In this document: piece by piece, positions 51,393 through 61,507 of the stretch | Numbering within the stretch: position 1 is the stretch's first letter | Layout of the letters: each line of letters begins with the position of its first letter | Source of the DNA: an uncultured Actinomycetota bacterium | Lineage (GTDB): Bacteria; Actinomycetota; Actinomycetes; CAVWCF01 | Direction of reading: 5' to 3' | NCBI GenBank assembly: GCA_963753435.1 | Contig: CAVWCF010000001.1 | Location: 1,376,001-1,440,000 of the forward strand | Length of the DNA stretch: 64,000 nt | Program-made: the position numbers and the translations under genes | The notes under the pieces: model-generated | Seen by the model: the letters and a program-made list of their open reading frames with translations, nothing else | Told to the model about the DNA's origin: nothing | Database searches by the model: none

Positions 51393-52700
51393 TCAGGCCA
51401 GGTCCGGGCTTGGGGTGTCACCCAAAGAGGCTTGCGGGTGATGACCGGCTGCGGGACCGAACGTGTCGAGCAACTCCTGCTCGGCCTCGACCACACCGGC
51501 AAGCCGGCGGACGCCCTCGGTGATCCGTTCGGCCGTTGGGAAGCAGTAGGACAGCCGCATGCTGCGCCGACCCTCTTCCCGGGCGGGACCTGCGTAGAAG
51601 CCGGTTCCGGGCACGTAGGCCACCCGGGCCGTGACCGCCCTGGGCAGCATGGCCGTTGCGTCCATGCCGTCGGGCAGCGTCACCCAGGAGTAGAAGCCAC
51701 CCGCTGGCACCGTCCACGTGGTCCCCGGCGGCATCAGCGCTTTGAGCCCGTCCAGCAGGGCGTCGCGGCGCTCCCGGTAGACCTCGCGGAACGTCTTGAT
51801 CTGCTCCTGCCAGGGCTGGGTGTCCAGGTATGCCGACACGGTCCACTGCGAGTACGCCGGGGGGCACAGGATGCTGGCCTCGGCCGCGAGGACGAGCTTT
51901 TCGCGCAACCCGTGCGGAGCCACGGCGTAACCGACCCGCACCCCCGGGGCGAAGATCTTGGAGAACGAGCCGAGGTACACCACTCGTTCTTCGTCGTCGG
52001 CGCGCATCGCCCGCGGCACCACCCCGTCAAAGCCGAGAAGGGCGTAGGGATCGTCCTCAAGCACCAACAGGTCGTACTCCGCAGCCACGGCCAGGAGCGC
52101 CTCGCGGCGCTGCGCGGACTGCGTCACACCGGCCGGGTTGTGGAACGACGGAATCGTGTAGACGAACTTCGCCTTGCGTCCGTCGCGGGCCAGTCGTTGC
52201 ACCTCCGCCACCACGGCTTCGGGCACCAGCCCCTGCTCATCCATCGCCACGTGCCGCACGTCGCACTCGTAAGCGGCGAAAGTTCCCAGCGCTCCCACGT
52301 AGGACGGCGACTCCACGATTACCGCGTCGCCGGGGTCGCAGAAGACGCGAGTGACCAGGTCAAGCGCCTGCTGCGAGCCGACCGTGACGATGACGTCGTC
52401 GGGGTGGGTATTGACGCCGACCAGGTCGACGATCGCACCGATCTGTTCGCGTAGCCGCTGGTCCCCCTGACCGGAGCCGTATTGCAGCGCAGTCGCGCCG
52501 TGGGTACGCAGCATGTCCGCGACGGTGTCTGCGATCGCGTCCCAGGGCAGGGCGGCGGTGTAGGGCATGCCACCTGCCAGCGAGACGACCTCGGGGCGAC
52601 TGGCGACGGCGAACAGCGCGCGGATCTCCGACGCCGTCATCCCCGCTGTCCGGGTGGCGTAGCGCTGCACGTACGGGTCCAGCCTGGTGCCGTCGGCCAC
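51393..52700 (-). CDS. PLP-dependent class I/II aminotransferase
   Basis: SLAGGMP, GSQQAL, FHNPAG, EDDPY, SFSK. Confidence 0.9.
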   Translation of the reverse strand: MADGTRLDPYVQRYATRTAGMTASEIRALFAVASRPEVVSLAGGMPYTAALPWDAIADTVADMLRTHGATALQYGSGQGDQRLREQIGAIVDLVGVNTHPDDVIVTVGSQQALDLVTRVFCDPGDAVIVESPSYVGALGTFAAYECDVRHVAMDEQGLVPEAVVAEVQRLARDGRKAKFVYTIPSFHNPAGVTQSAQRREALLAVAAEYDLLVLEDDPYALLGFDGVVPRAMRADDEERVVYLGSFSKIFAPGVRVGYAVAPHGLREKLVLAAEASILCPPAYSQWTVSAYLDTQPWQEQIKTFREVYRERRDALLDGLKALMPPGTTWTVPAGGFYSWVTLPDGMDATAMLPRAVTARVAYVPGTGFYAGPAREEGRRSMRLSYCFPTAERITEGVRRLAGVVEAEQELLDTFGPAAGHHPQASLGDTPSPDLA

Positions 52701-52756
52701 GGTGCACACCCCCTCGCCAAGCATCGCTGCGGTGGGCACAACTTACGATGCGGCCT

Positions 52757-52867
52757 ATGCGCGCACTGCGATGGATCCTGTTGGGGTTGGCGTTGGGCGC
52801 ATTGGCGGGATTCGCCTCGTCGCTGCTGAACCCACCCACCGAGCCGGATTCCGCCGACCTGCGCTGA
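52757..52867 (+). CDS. Candidate 36-aa single-TM peptide, probably leaderless (absent from the ORF track)
   Basis: TACGAT, 7 nt, then ATG: MRALRWILLGLALGALAGFASSLLNPPTEPDSADLR*; fills the intergenic gap. Confidence 0.55.
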   Translation: MRALRWILLGLALGALAGFASSLLNPPTEPDSADLR

Positions 52868-52881
52868 GGCCCGAGGGGCCG

Positions 52882-54048
52882 CTAAGCCCCCAACATGGCG
52901 CGGATGGCGGCGAGGTCGATCGCCCCGGTGGGGTGGTCGGCCTCCGGAGGCAGGTACAGGCGCTGGATGGCAGCCAGGATCGCCTCGGCGATGAGGTCGC
53001 GGAAGGCCGGGTCGGCCAACCGGGACGCGTCGTGCGGATTGCTTAGGTACCCGGCTTCAACACGCACCGCCGGCATCTGCGTACCCCGAAGCAGATCCCA
53101 CGTCTTGCCGTGGTGTCGGCAGTTGAGCAGGTCGGTGCGTGCGCACACCTCGCGCTGGATCAGGTCGGCCAGTTGCCGGCCCGTCGGGGACTCCGTCCCG
53201 GTGCGGCGGTTGGCGTAGTAGTACGTCGCCACCCCGGCCGCGGCCGGCGAACGGTCCGCGTCCACATGCAGGCTGATGAACAAGTCCGCGCCCGCGGTGT
53301 TCGCGAAGCCAACGCGATCGGCGGACCCCGGTGGGGACTGGTCGGCCTCCAATCGGCCGCGGGACAGGTAGGCGATCGCCCCGGCCGCGTTGATCCGGCC
53401 CTCCAGGCGGGCCGCGATGTCCTCGACCAGATCGGCTTCCGCCAGGCCGCCGACCACGTTGCCGCGATCGTTACCGCCATGTCCGGGGTCGATCACGATG
53501 ACCTTGCGGGCCAGCGAGGGTCCGCTGGTGCGGATCGCGGCGCTCTCGCGCAGGGCTTGGGAGGAACCGCCGGTAACCGAGCGCGACAGCCGGCCGAAGG
53601 CCGCGAACGTTTGCGGCCCACAAACGCCGTCCGCCGCCAGCCCAGACTCCCGCTGGAACGCCCGAACCGCCAACTCGGTCCGGTGGCCGTAGGCCCCATC
53701 GAGTGAGCCGGGGTCGAATCCCAACGACATCAGCCGGTTCTGCAGGTCCAGGACGTCGTCGCCGGTGAGCGGGTGGCTGACCGCGAATGCGAGCACGCGA
53801 TCACCGAGTTGCCAGCGCGCCTCTTCAAGATGCCGCCACGACTCCGGCCCAACCCGCCCGTCGACGATGAGCCCGCGTTGCTGCTGGAACTCCCGAACCG
53901 CGGCCGCCGTCTGCTCGTCGAAACGAGCCTCGCTCCACTGCGTCGGCAATGGCGCGCTCGGCAGTAGCCCGACGCGGGCCAGCATGGAGCGGATCTCGCC
54001 CACAGCCACGCCCGTGTCGCCCTCGCGGTACACCTGCTGCACCGTCAC
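52882..54048 (-). CDS. cwlM: CwlM-like N-acetylmuramoyl-L-alanine amidase family protein
   Basis: Two PG-binding domains (FQ..RGL..DG) and Amidase_3 motifs IDPGHGG, ISLH, EAGYLSN. Confidence 0.9.
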   Translation of the reverse strand: MTVQQVYREGDTGVAVGEIRSMLARVGLLPSAPLPTQWSEARFDEQTAAAVREFQQQRGLIVDGRVGPESWRHLEEARWQLGDRVLAFAVSHPLTGDDVLDLQNRLMSLGFDPGSLDGAYGHRTELAVRAFQRESGLAADGVCGPQTFAAFGRLSRSVTGGSSQALRESAAIRTSGPSLARKVIVIDPGHGGNDRGNVVGGLAEADLVEDIAARLEGRINAAGAIAYLSRGRLEADQSPPGSADRVGFANTAGADLFISLHVDADRSPAAAGVATYYYANRRTGTESPTGRQLADLIQREVCARTDLLNCRHHGKTWDLLRGTQMPAVRVEAGYLSNPHDASRLADPAFRDLIAEAILAAIQRLYLPPEADHPTGAIDLAAIRAMLGA

Positions 54049-54099
54049 CTCCGGCTCTTGCCCGGATGGTAGGCCGCGGGCGCCGGAGACGCGGACTGG

Positions 54100-54426
54100 T
54101 TACAGATACGGCTGCAAGTCCTTGAGCAAGGCCTGCTTGGGCTTGGCCCCGACAATCGTCTTGACGACCTCGCCACCGGAGTAGACGTTCATGGTCGGGA
54201 TCGACGTGACGCGGTACGACATCGCCGTTTGCGGGTTCTCATCGACGTTCAACTTGGCGACGGTGACCTTGTCGCCGAACTCCGCCGCGATTTCCTCCAG
54301 GATCGGCGCGACCATCTTGCAGGGTCCGCACCACTCCGCCCAGAAGTCGACGATCACGGGCTTGTCCGACTGCAGCACGTCCTCAAGGAAGCTGGAGTCG
54401 GTAACGGTCTTGGTGGCGTTGCCCAC
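54100..54426 (-). CDS. trxA: Thioredoxin
   Basis: WCGPC, SIPT. Confidence 0.96.
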   Translation of the reverse strand: MGNATKTVTDSSFLEDVLQSDKPVIVDFWAEWCGPCKMVAPILEEIAAEFGDKVTVAKLNVDENPQTAMSYRVTSIPTMNVYSGGEVVKTIVGAKPKQALLKDLQPYL

Positions 54427-54508
54427 GGGGCGGACCTCCTGGTCGTCGGTGTTGCGCTGTTGAGGTGCTGGGAGTCGTCGGTGCCAGATGCTGTCTGAAA
54501 GTGGCGTC

Positions 54509-55483
54509 TCAGCCAACTGGTACGGGCGTGTCCGCGGTGCGCGCGGCGTCGTCCAGTGCGGCCAGGTGGCGCTCGGCGTCCAGGGCGGCGGCGCAACCGG
54601 AACCAGCAGCGGTGATGGCCTGTCGGTACGTGTGATCCACCAGGTCCCCGCAGGCGAAGACGCCGGCCAGGTTGGTCCGGGTGGTGCGACCTTCCGCCAG
54701 CACGTAGCCGGACTCGTCGAGGTCGACCTGACCGGCCACCAACTCGCTGCGCGGGTCGTGGCCGATGGCGATGAACAGGCCGGTCACAGCCAACTCCGAC
54801 TCGGCGCCGGTGACGGTGTCGAGCAGGCGAACCGCTGAGACCTTGCCGTCGGTGCCGAGCACCTCGGTGACCGTGGAGTTCCACGCGAACCGGATCTTCG
54901 GATCGCTCTGGGCGCGCTCGGCCATCACCTTGCTGGCACGCAATTCGTCGCGGCGGTGGATCACGGTCACGCTGCGGGCGAATCGCGTCAGGAACGTCGC
55001 CTCTTCGATGGCGGAGTCCCCACCGCCGACCACGGCGATGTCCTGGTCCCGGAAGAAGAAGCCGTCACAGGTGGCGCACCAACTCACGCCGTGACCGGAT
55101 AGGTCTTTCTCGCCGGGGACGCCGAGCTCGCGGTAGCCCGACCCCATCGCAAGGATCACCGAGCGCGCGCGGTGCGTCGCACCGGACCCGTCCGTGACCT
55201 GCTTGATCTCCCCGGTCAAGTCCATGGACACCACATCGTCGGTGACCAGCTCGGCACCGAACCGCTCCGCCTGCGAGCGCATCTGCTCCATGAGGCTTGG
55301 ACCCATGATGCCCTCGGGGAAACCGGGGAAGTTCTCCACATCGGTCGTGTTCATCAGGGCGCCGCCGGCGGTCACCGAGCCCTCGAAGACGAGGGGGGAA
55401 AGCCGGGCCCGCGCGGCGTACAGGGCAGCGGTGTATCCGGCTGGACCCGACCCGACGATGATCACGTCTCGGACGTCGCTCAC
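54509..55483 (-). CDS. trxB: Thioredoxin reductase
   Basis: [27 protein letters not shown]. Confidence 0.97.
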   Translation of the reverse strand: MSDVRDVIIVGSGPAGYTAALYAARARLSPLVFEGSVTAGGALMNTTDVENFPGFPEGIMGPSLMEQMRSQAERFGAELVTDDVVSMDLTGEIKQVTDGSGATHRARSVILAMGSGYRELGVPGEKDLSGHGVSWCATCDGFFFRDQDIAVVGGGDSAIEEATFLTRFARSVTVIHRRDELRASKVMAERAQSDPKIRFAWNSTVTEVLGTDGKVSAVRLLDTVTGAESELAVTGLFIAIGHDPRSELVAGQVDLDESGYVLAEGRTTRTNLAGVFACGDLVDHTYRQAITAAGSGCAAALDAERHLAALDDAARTADTPVPVG

Positions 55484-55573
55484 GTGTGCTCCTTGCCGTT
55501 CCGGGGCCGGTGCTCGGGCCCGGTAGGTGCCTTGCCCTGGGTAACGAATCCTACGGGCGCCGGCATTCCCGGT

Positions 55574-56311
55574 TCAGTCCTGGATGCGCTGGTACCGCAA
55601 CAGGTGCTCGTCCTCGGCGGAGCAGTCGACCCCCACGGCGAATACGTCCCAGTCCCCGGCGGTCGCGCGGTAGACCACGACCAGAGCCGGTTCGGCTTCG
55701 TAGGACGCGGCGTCGACCACGTCCGGCGCGGCTTCGGGGTTCAACGCTCGCAGGCACTCCTCCAGCGCGGCCACCGGCAGCGCGGACGGCGACAACACGA
55801 ACTCGTCGGCAACCACGGGCACCGGCTCCGGCACGGACGCGGGGGCGTCGGGAGCGGAGGCGGAGTCCTGACCTTCGGTGGACTGGCTGACCGTCGGCTC
55901 CAGCACGGCCAGCTGGGTCTCGAACGATGCCTCGGTGTAGGCGGTTCCGCTGCTCACTACCTGCACTGCAGCGGCGGCTTCCGGCGTCGCGGTCAGTTCG
56001 GAGTCGGAGTCACCGAGCACGTTGACGCCAATCAGTACTGCGCCACCGATCAGGGCGAAACCGGCGGCGACCTCGAGAACACGCGCGCGCCGGGAACGTT
56101 GCTGTGGCACGGCGGCCAGGGGTACCACCGTCGGGCTCGGTGCACCCGCGGCCCGGGCGTCCGCCTCGCGGCGCAGCGCCGCGTCGATCCGGTCGGCCAC
56201 ATCCTGCGGTAGCGGCTCCACGGGCACGCCGGCTAGCAGTTCGGTGACTGCGCGCTCCTGCTCCGGGGTCAGCTCAGGAGTCGACTCCGCGCCGTCGCGT
56301 GGTTCGGTCAC
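55574..56311 (-). CDS. Putative anti-sigma-M membrane protein
   Basis: GTGA overlap with sigM; PQDVADRIDAAL, TM, SSGTAY, paired extracellular Cys. Confidence 0.7.
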   Translation of the reverse strand: MTEPRDGAESTPELTPEQERAVTELLAGVPVEPLPQDVADRIDAALRREADARAAGAPSPTVVPLAAVPQQRSRRARVLEVAAGFALIGGAVLIGVNVLGDSDSELTATPEAAAAVQVVSSGTAYTEASFETQLAVLEPTVSQSTEGQDSASAPDAPASVPEPVPVVADEFVLSPSALPVAALEECLRALNPEAAPDVVDAASYEAEPALVVVYRATAGDWDVFAVGVDCSAEDEHLLRYQRIQD

Positions 56312-56907
56312 GGCTGCCCTCCCCGGCTGTCCCGATCGGCCTCTGTTCCGACGCCCGGCTCGGCGTCCGGGTTCCGAACGGCCTGCAGCAGCGGCAACAG
56401 CCGCGCCCGGCCGCGCGAGCAGCGGCTCTTGATTGTCCCTTCCGGGATCTGCAGTATCTGCGCGGCATCGGCCACCGAATACCCCTGCATGTCCACCAGG
56501 ACCAGGGCCGCGCGCTGCTCGTCCGGCAGGGTCGCCAACGCCTCCCGCACCGCCAAGGCGGTGTCCACCTGGCCGAGGCGGTCGGTCCGTTCCGCCCAGG
56601 TGGGGGCCTCCTCGGGCATGGCCACGGTCGGCCTCGCCTTGCGGCGGCGGACTCGGTCCAGGCAGGCGTTGACCACGATCCGGTGCAGCCAGGTGGTCAC
56701 CGCGGCGTCGCCGCGGAACGAGTCGGCGCGCCGGAAAGCCGAAATCAGCGCCTCCTGCAGGGCGTCCGCGGCTTCTTCCCGGTCGCCCAGCGTTCGCAGC
56801 GCCACGGCCCACAGCCGGTCGGAGTGTCGTCGCACCAGCACCGAGAACGCGTCGTCGTCGCCGGCGACGTGCGCCGCCAGCAGTTCCGCGTCCGTCGGGT
56901 CGGTCAC
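56308..56907 (-). CDS. sigM: ECF sigma factor SigM
   Basis: AVTTWLHRIVVNACLDR, GTIKSRCSRGR; upstream of trxBA. Confidence 0.92.
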   Translation of the reverse strand: MTDPTDAELLAAHVAGDDDAFSVLVRRHSDRLWAVALRTLGDREEAADALQEALISAFRRADSFRGDAAVTTWLHRIVVNACLDRVRRRKARPTVAMPEEAPTWAERTDRLGQVDTALAVREALATLPDEQRAALVLVDMQGYSVADAAQILQIPEGTIKSRCSRGRARLLPLLQAVRNPDAEPGVGTEADRDSRGGQP

Positions 56908-56916
56908 GGCTGAACC

Positions 56917-58320
56917 CTAGGCGCGGGTGGCGAAGATCTCGTTGATAGCACCGCGGTTGCGGTCGGCTGCCTCGACCGGGAGTCGGGTCAGCCAGACCAG
57001 CAGGTACCGCGCTTCCGCCGGCCGCTGCGGGATCAGATCCACCGTCCCGGCCGCGGACTCGACAGTGGCGGCGGTCGTGTACGCGTCGGCGGTGTCGCCG
57101 CGCTGCTCGGATACGCGCAGTTCCACGTCCGTCGGGCCGATGCCGATGTCCAACGACACCGAGGCCACTTGCTGCACGCCGCCGAGGTCCAGCAACAGGC
57201 CGACCCCGGATTTCAGGCCGCCGAAGTCCTCGCCACGGTAGGAGACGGTTCGCCAACTGGTGGTCAGATCCCCGTCGATCGCCAGGGCCGCCTGACCGGG
57301 GTTCTCCGCCCCGTTGCCTTCCGGATCGAAATCCTCCGCCGACACGATGGCGATCACGCCGCCACCGGCGATCGGCGATCCCGTCGGCGATTCGGCCGGC
57401 GACTCCTCGGCGGGCGTCGGGGCCGCAGCCACTGAGGGCGACGTCGCCGGCGCCGGTGAAGTTTCGGCCTGCGGCCAGCCCCAGGTGAGCAGCAGCCAAC
57501 CCACCAGACCCACGGCAACCACCGCGATCGCCGCCAGCACGCCCGCGCTCAGCCGCGGTCCGACCGGGGCCCGCGGCGCCTGGGTCAGCACGTTGGCAGT
57601 GGGTTCCTGGGCCGGCACCAATCCGGCGAGTGCCTCGGCCAGGTCAGCGCAGGTGTCCAGCGCGGGCCCACCCGGACCCATGTCCGCCCCCAGGGCGCGC
57701 ATGACGACGGCGTCCACGGCCGGGTCGAGGTCGGGGCGGCGGCGGGAGGCACTGACTCCGTACTGCGCGGACACCCGCTGACCTGTGAGCAGGAGGTACA
57801 GCAGCCCGCCGATGGCCCGGGTGTCCACGCGGTCGGCGGCAGCGCGGTCGGCCAGCGCGGTACCGCGCAATGCGGCATCCACGGCGACGCCCACGATGCG
57901 CACGGCGCCGTCCTCGGTGCGCAGGACCGAACGGGGGCCCAGGTGCAGGTGCGCCAAGCCGACGGAGTGGGCGACAGCCAGGGCCTCGGCGACGGCGTGA
58001 CACAGCGACACCGCGTCGTCGGAGTCCATCGGACCGGAAGCCAGCAGTTGCTCCAGGTCCGTCCCTCTGGCCCACTGGGTCACGACGTAGGCGCGCTCAT
58101 CGTCCTTGGCCGCATCCAGTACCCGGAGGAACCCTTCCTCCGGCAGGGATGCGGTGGCTCGCGCCGCGTTCAGGACCGCGTCGGTGCGCGGGTGACCTGG
58201 GTCCAGCAGGAGGATTCCGACGTCGCGGCCGAGGGTGCTGTCCAAACCGTGGAAGTAGGTGCCGCCGGAGCCGCTGAGCAACTCCTGCTGCAACTCGAAA
58301 CGGTCGGCCACTCTCGGCAT
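56917..58320 (-). CDS. Pseudokinase-TM-extracellular beta-sandwich protein (counterpart of the mycobacterial MviN C-terminus)
   Basis: Kinase-like fold without VAIK/HRD/DFG (VGILL, HLHLGP, VRIVG instead); TM; AIDGD..TSW, LKSGVGLLLDL. Confidence 0.8.
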   Translation of the reverse strand: MPRVADRFELQQELLSGSGGTYFHGLDSTLGRDVGILLLDPGHPRTDAVLNAARATASLPEEGFLRVLDAAKDDERAYVVTQWARGTDLEQLLASGPMDSDDAVSLCHAVAEALAVAHSVGLAHLHLGPRSVLRTEDGAVRIVGVAVDAALRGTALADRAAADRVDTRAIGGLLYLLLTGQRVSAQYGVSASRRRPDLDPAVDAVVMRALGADMGPGGPALDTCADLAEALAGLVPAQEPTANVLTQAPRAPVGPRLSAGVLAAIAVVAVGLVGWLLLTWGWPQAETSPAPATSPSVAAAPTPAEESPAESPTGSPIAGGGVIAIVSAEDFDPEGNGAENPGQAALAIDGDLTTSWRTVSYRGEDFGGLKSGVGLLLDLGGVQQVASVSLDIGIGPTDVELRVSEQRGDTADAYTTAATVESAAGTVDLIPQRPAEARYLLVWLTRLPVEAADRNRGAINEIFATRA

Positions 58321-58342
58321 GCGCCGAGGGTAGGTCCGTACC

Positions 58343-59413
58343 TCAGCCAGCGGCGGGTCGGGTGGCGCCGATGAAGCCGTCAAGCCACACGCGCTCGATC
58401 CGCACTGTGGTCCCGGTCCGGGGGGCGTGGATCATCCAGCCCGCCCCCAAGTACATGCCGACATGGTGAATCGACGCGGGGTTGCGCACATCCGTTGCCC
58501 AGAAGAGCAGGTCTCCCGCGGCCAGGTTGGCCAGGCTGATGCGGGCACCGACGTTGAACTGCTCGCGTGAAGTGCGCGGCAGGGAAACACCGGCCTGCCG
58601 GTAGGACCACCCGGTGAGACCGGAACAGTCGAACGTCGCCGGTCCGGTGGCGCCCCATACGTACGGGACACCGATGCGAGTGCGGGCTGCCGCTACCGCT
58701 GCGGCGGGCGCACCTTGCGCGCCGGCTACCGCCGCGGCCCAGTCCCCGCCCCCGCCGGGCAACAACGCCTGGGCCCGAGCGGCTGCATCAGCCGCATCAC
58801 GTGCGGCCTTCTCCGCGGCCAGCCGACGGACGTCGGCGCCGGCCGCGGCCAGCTCCCGTTCGCGCTGGGCCAACAGGTCGGCAACCTGCTGGGTTGACGC
58901 CGCTGCGGCGTTCTCCAGTCGGGTTCGCTCGGCAGCCACTTCGGCCAGTTGCTCGCGCAATTGGGCCAACTCGTCGGCCTGTTCGGTTGCGGCTCGTACC
59001 GATGCCGTGTCGGCGGAGACGACTCGGGAGACCGTTCCCATCCGGGACATGACGTCGCTGGGGGATTGACCGTCCAGGACGCTGGACAGCAGGGCGGACA
59101 TGCCGCCGTCCATGTACAGGGCGCGGAGACGTCGGCCGGCGTCGGCGTCGGCGGCCCGCACCCCGCGCTGCGCCTGGTCGTAGGCGGCGGAAGCGGACAC
59201 CTGGCGGGATACGGCTTCGCCGAGCCGGTCGGCGACGGCGTTGTACTCCTCGACAGCGACTTCGGTCGCGATGTCCAGACGGGCCACTTCGGTGGCGAGT
59301 TTTCGAGCCCGCTCCTGGGCGTTGCTCAACTCATCGGCGCCGGCGGTTGCAGGAAGCAGGCTTGCCAGCGCCGCTGTCGCGACGAACGCCCCCAGCGCGA
59401 CCCGCAAGCGCAT
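58343..59413 (-). CDS. Secreted coiled-coil NlpC/P60 peptidoglycan endopeptidase
   Basis: Signal peptide, long coiled coil, PYVWGA..FDCSG, HVGMY, IHAP. Confidence 0.92.
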   Translation of the reverse strand: MRLRVALGAFVATAALASLLPATAGADELSNAQERARKLATEVARLDIATEVAVEEYNAVADRLGEAVSRQVSASAAYDQAQRGVRAADADAGRRLRALYMDGGMSALLSSVLDGQSPSDVMSRMGTVSRVVSADTASVRAATEQADELAQLREQLAEVAAERTRLENAAAASTQQVADLLAQRERELAAAGADVRRLAAEKAARDAADAAARAQALLPGGGGDWAAAVAGAQGAPAAAVAAARTRIGVPYVWGATGPATFDCSGLTGWSYRQAGVSLPRTSREQFNVGARISLANLAAGDLLFWATDVRNPASIHHVGMYLGAGWMIHAPRTGTTVRIERVWLDGFIGATRPAAG

Positions 59414-59419
59414 CGGCAC

Positions 59420-59827
59420 TCAGTTCGGGCTAGGCGCAGCTTGGGTGACGGTGTACTCCTGGAGGGTCCAATCCTTGGCCCCCGGGATGTAGCCGAACAG
59501 GAACGTGTTCACCTCGCGCTTCGTGTCGAAACTGATCGAGCCGTCGCGCCCCACGACCAGGGTCGGCTCGATCAGGATGAACCCCTGTTCTTGCGCTTCC
59601 TCAAGGGCAGCGGCGCGCGCGGCTTCCACGCCACCGCCACGCGCCCAAGCCACTTGAGCTGACCGCGCGGCGGCTTCGCCCCCGTCCACGAGCGCCATTC
59701 GGGCGACGCCGATCGCGATCGCGTCGAACGCCACCAAGCCAACGGCGGCCAGCACGACGGTGAGTCGGACCAGCCACCCCAAGACGATGCTGCCCGCCTC
59801 GCCACGGATGGGTTTCACTGTCTCCAA
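59420..59827 (-). CDS. Hypothetical single-TM protein with pilin/TadE-like N-terminus
   Basis: RGEAG|SIVLGWL leader, hydrophobic helix, then a helical EAAARSA segment. Confidence 0.6.
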   Translation of the reverse strand: METVKPIRGEAGSIVLGWLVRLTVVLAAVGLVAFDAIAIGVARMALVDGGEAAARSAQVAWARGGGVEAARAAALEEAQEQGFILIEPTLVVGRDGSISFDTKREVNTFLFGYIPGAKDWTLQEYTVTQAAPSPN

Positions 59828-59854
59828 GTCGGCACACCGGTACCGGACCTTGAG

Positions 59855-61507
59855 TCAGGAGCGGCTGCCACTTCGGGGGCTGCGCAGCCGGCGGGTCAGC
59901 GTGCGCAAGGACTCCAGGACGTCTGGGACGCCGAACCAGCGGGCCAGGAGGACGAAGACGGGTGCCATCACAGCCCCGGCGACGCCCAACCACAGCAGCG
60001 CCGTCACTGGTCGCAACGACAGGTCCAGGACCTGCAGCACAAAGACGGCCGCGACGAAACCGAGCAGCCCGGCGGGCATCGCGGCGGCGAGTAGCCGTAG
60101 CGATCGACTGATCGGTTCGGCGACGGGCAGCCCGCCGTATCGCCGCCGCAGCAGCAGCCACATCGGCAACAACATGATCAGGTAGGCCAGGGAGTAGCCG
60201 AACGCCAGCCCGGCAACCGCCTGCTGGGCCGGCAGGGCCTGGAAGAACAGGTAGCCGAGCCCCACGTTGAGGACGCCCAGCGGGATCGCCAGCAGCGCCG
60301 GGGTCCGAGTGTCCTCGACGGCATAGAAGCCGCGCATCATCACGAAGTAGGCGCTGAATGGGACCAGCCCGACCGCAAAGGCGCGCAAGGTCTCGCCGAT
60401 GAACTGCGCGGAGTCCAAGTCGGTGGCCCCGTAGTTGAAGAGCAAGACGGCGACCGGCGTGGCGAACAGGACCAGGGCCACCGAGGCGGGGATGAGCAGC
60501 GGGGCGATCGCGGTGAAACCGCCGGTCACATCGCGGCGCAGTGAGCCCATGTCGCCCTCGCCGGCGTGGCGGCTCATCCGCGGGAACATCGCCGTCACCA
60601 CGGACACCGTCACCACCGAATGCGGGAGCACGAAGACCAGGTGCGCCATCGAGTAGACGGTGATGCCGGCCCCAGCCGCCTCTCCGGCCTCAGCGGCGCG
60701 CGCCCCAGCCGTGGTCGCCAGTCGGGTGATCACGACGAATGCGGCTTGATTGACCGCGACCAGGAAGAGCGTCCAGCCGGCCAGCCAGGCAGCTCGGCCG
60801 ATGCCGGAGTTCCGTAGGTCCAAGCGCGGCCGCCAGCGGTACCCCGCGCGGTTCAGCACCGGCAGCAGGACCGCGGCCTGGGCCACCACTCCAAGAGTCG
60901 TGCCGATGCCCAGCAGGGCGATCTGCGTGTCGGTGATCCCGGCGACGCTCGGGTCGGTCACGACAGCGATGAAGACGATCGCCGTGACGATGACGACCAC
61001 GTTGTTCACGATCGGAGCGAACATGGGCGCGCCGAAGCGCCCGCGCACGTTGAGCACCTGCGCCAGCACGGTGTACGCGCCGTAGAAGAGGATCTGCGGC
61101 AGGCAGAACCAGGCGAACAGGGTGCTGGCGCGCAGGTCGGCCGCGGACCATTCCGCCGACGCGTACAGCCGGATCAGCCAGGGGGCCGCGAGCAGCGCCA
61201 GCGCGGTCACCAGCAGCAGCACGCCGATGATCGCGGTCAGCAACCGGTCGGTGTAGGCCACGCCACCGTCGGCGTCGGCCTTCATCCGCCGGACCAACTG
61301 CGGGATCAGCACCGCGTTCAGGGCGCCGCCGGCGGTGAGGATGTACAGGATGTTCGGCAGCGTGTTCGCGACCGTGTAGGTGTCGGCGAAGACACCGGTG
61401 CCGATCGCGGCCACCAACGCGGTGTTGCGGACCATCCCGGTGACCCGCGACAGCACCGTTCCAGTGGCCATGGATGCGGCCGGACGCGCCAGCCCGGGAT
61501 CGGTCAT
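59855..61507 (-). CDS. murJ: Lipid II flippase MurJ/MviN
   Basis: SRVTGMVR, ANTLPN, PQILFYG, FYAVEDTRTP. Confidence 0.94.
   Translation of the reverse strand: MTDPGLARPAASMATGTVLSRVTGMVRNTALVAAIGTGVFADTYTVANTLPNILYILTAGGALNAVLIPQLVRRMKADADGGVAYTDRLLTAIIGVLLLVTALALLAAPWLIRLYASAEWSAADLRASTLFAWFCLPQILFYGAYTVLAQVLNVRGRFGAPMFAPIVNNVVVIVTAIVFIAVVTDPSVAGITDTQIALLGIGTTLGVVAQAAVLLPVLNRAGYRWRPRLDLRNSGIGRAAWLAGWTLFLVAVNQAAFVVITRLATTAGARAAEAGEAAGAGITVYSMAHLVFVLPHSVVTVSVVTAMFPRMSRHAGEGDMGSLRRDVTGGFTAIAPLLIPASVALVLFATPVAVLLFNYGATDLDSAQFIGETLRAFAVGLVPFSAYFVMMRGFYAVEDTRTPALLAIPLGVLNVGLGYLFFQALPAQQAVAGLAFGYSLAYLIMLLPMWLLLRRRYGGLPVAEPISRSLRLLAAAMPAGLLGFVAAVFVLQVLDLSLRPVTALLWLGVAGAVMAPVFVLLARWFGVPDVLESLRTLTRRLRSPRSGSRS

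Noticed and set aside
55574-57499. 641-aa ORF spanning sigM
   Set aside because: The upstream part is an alternative frame over sigM and the pseudokinase gene; the real gene starts at GTG 56311.
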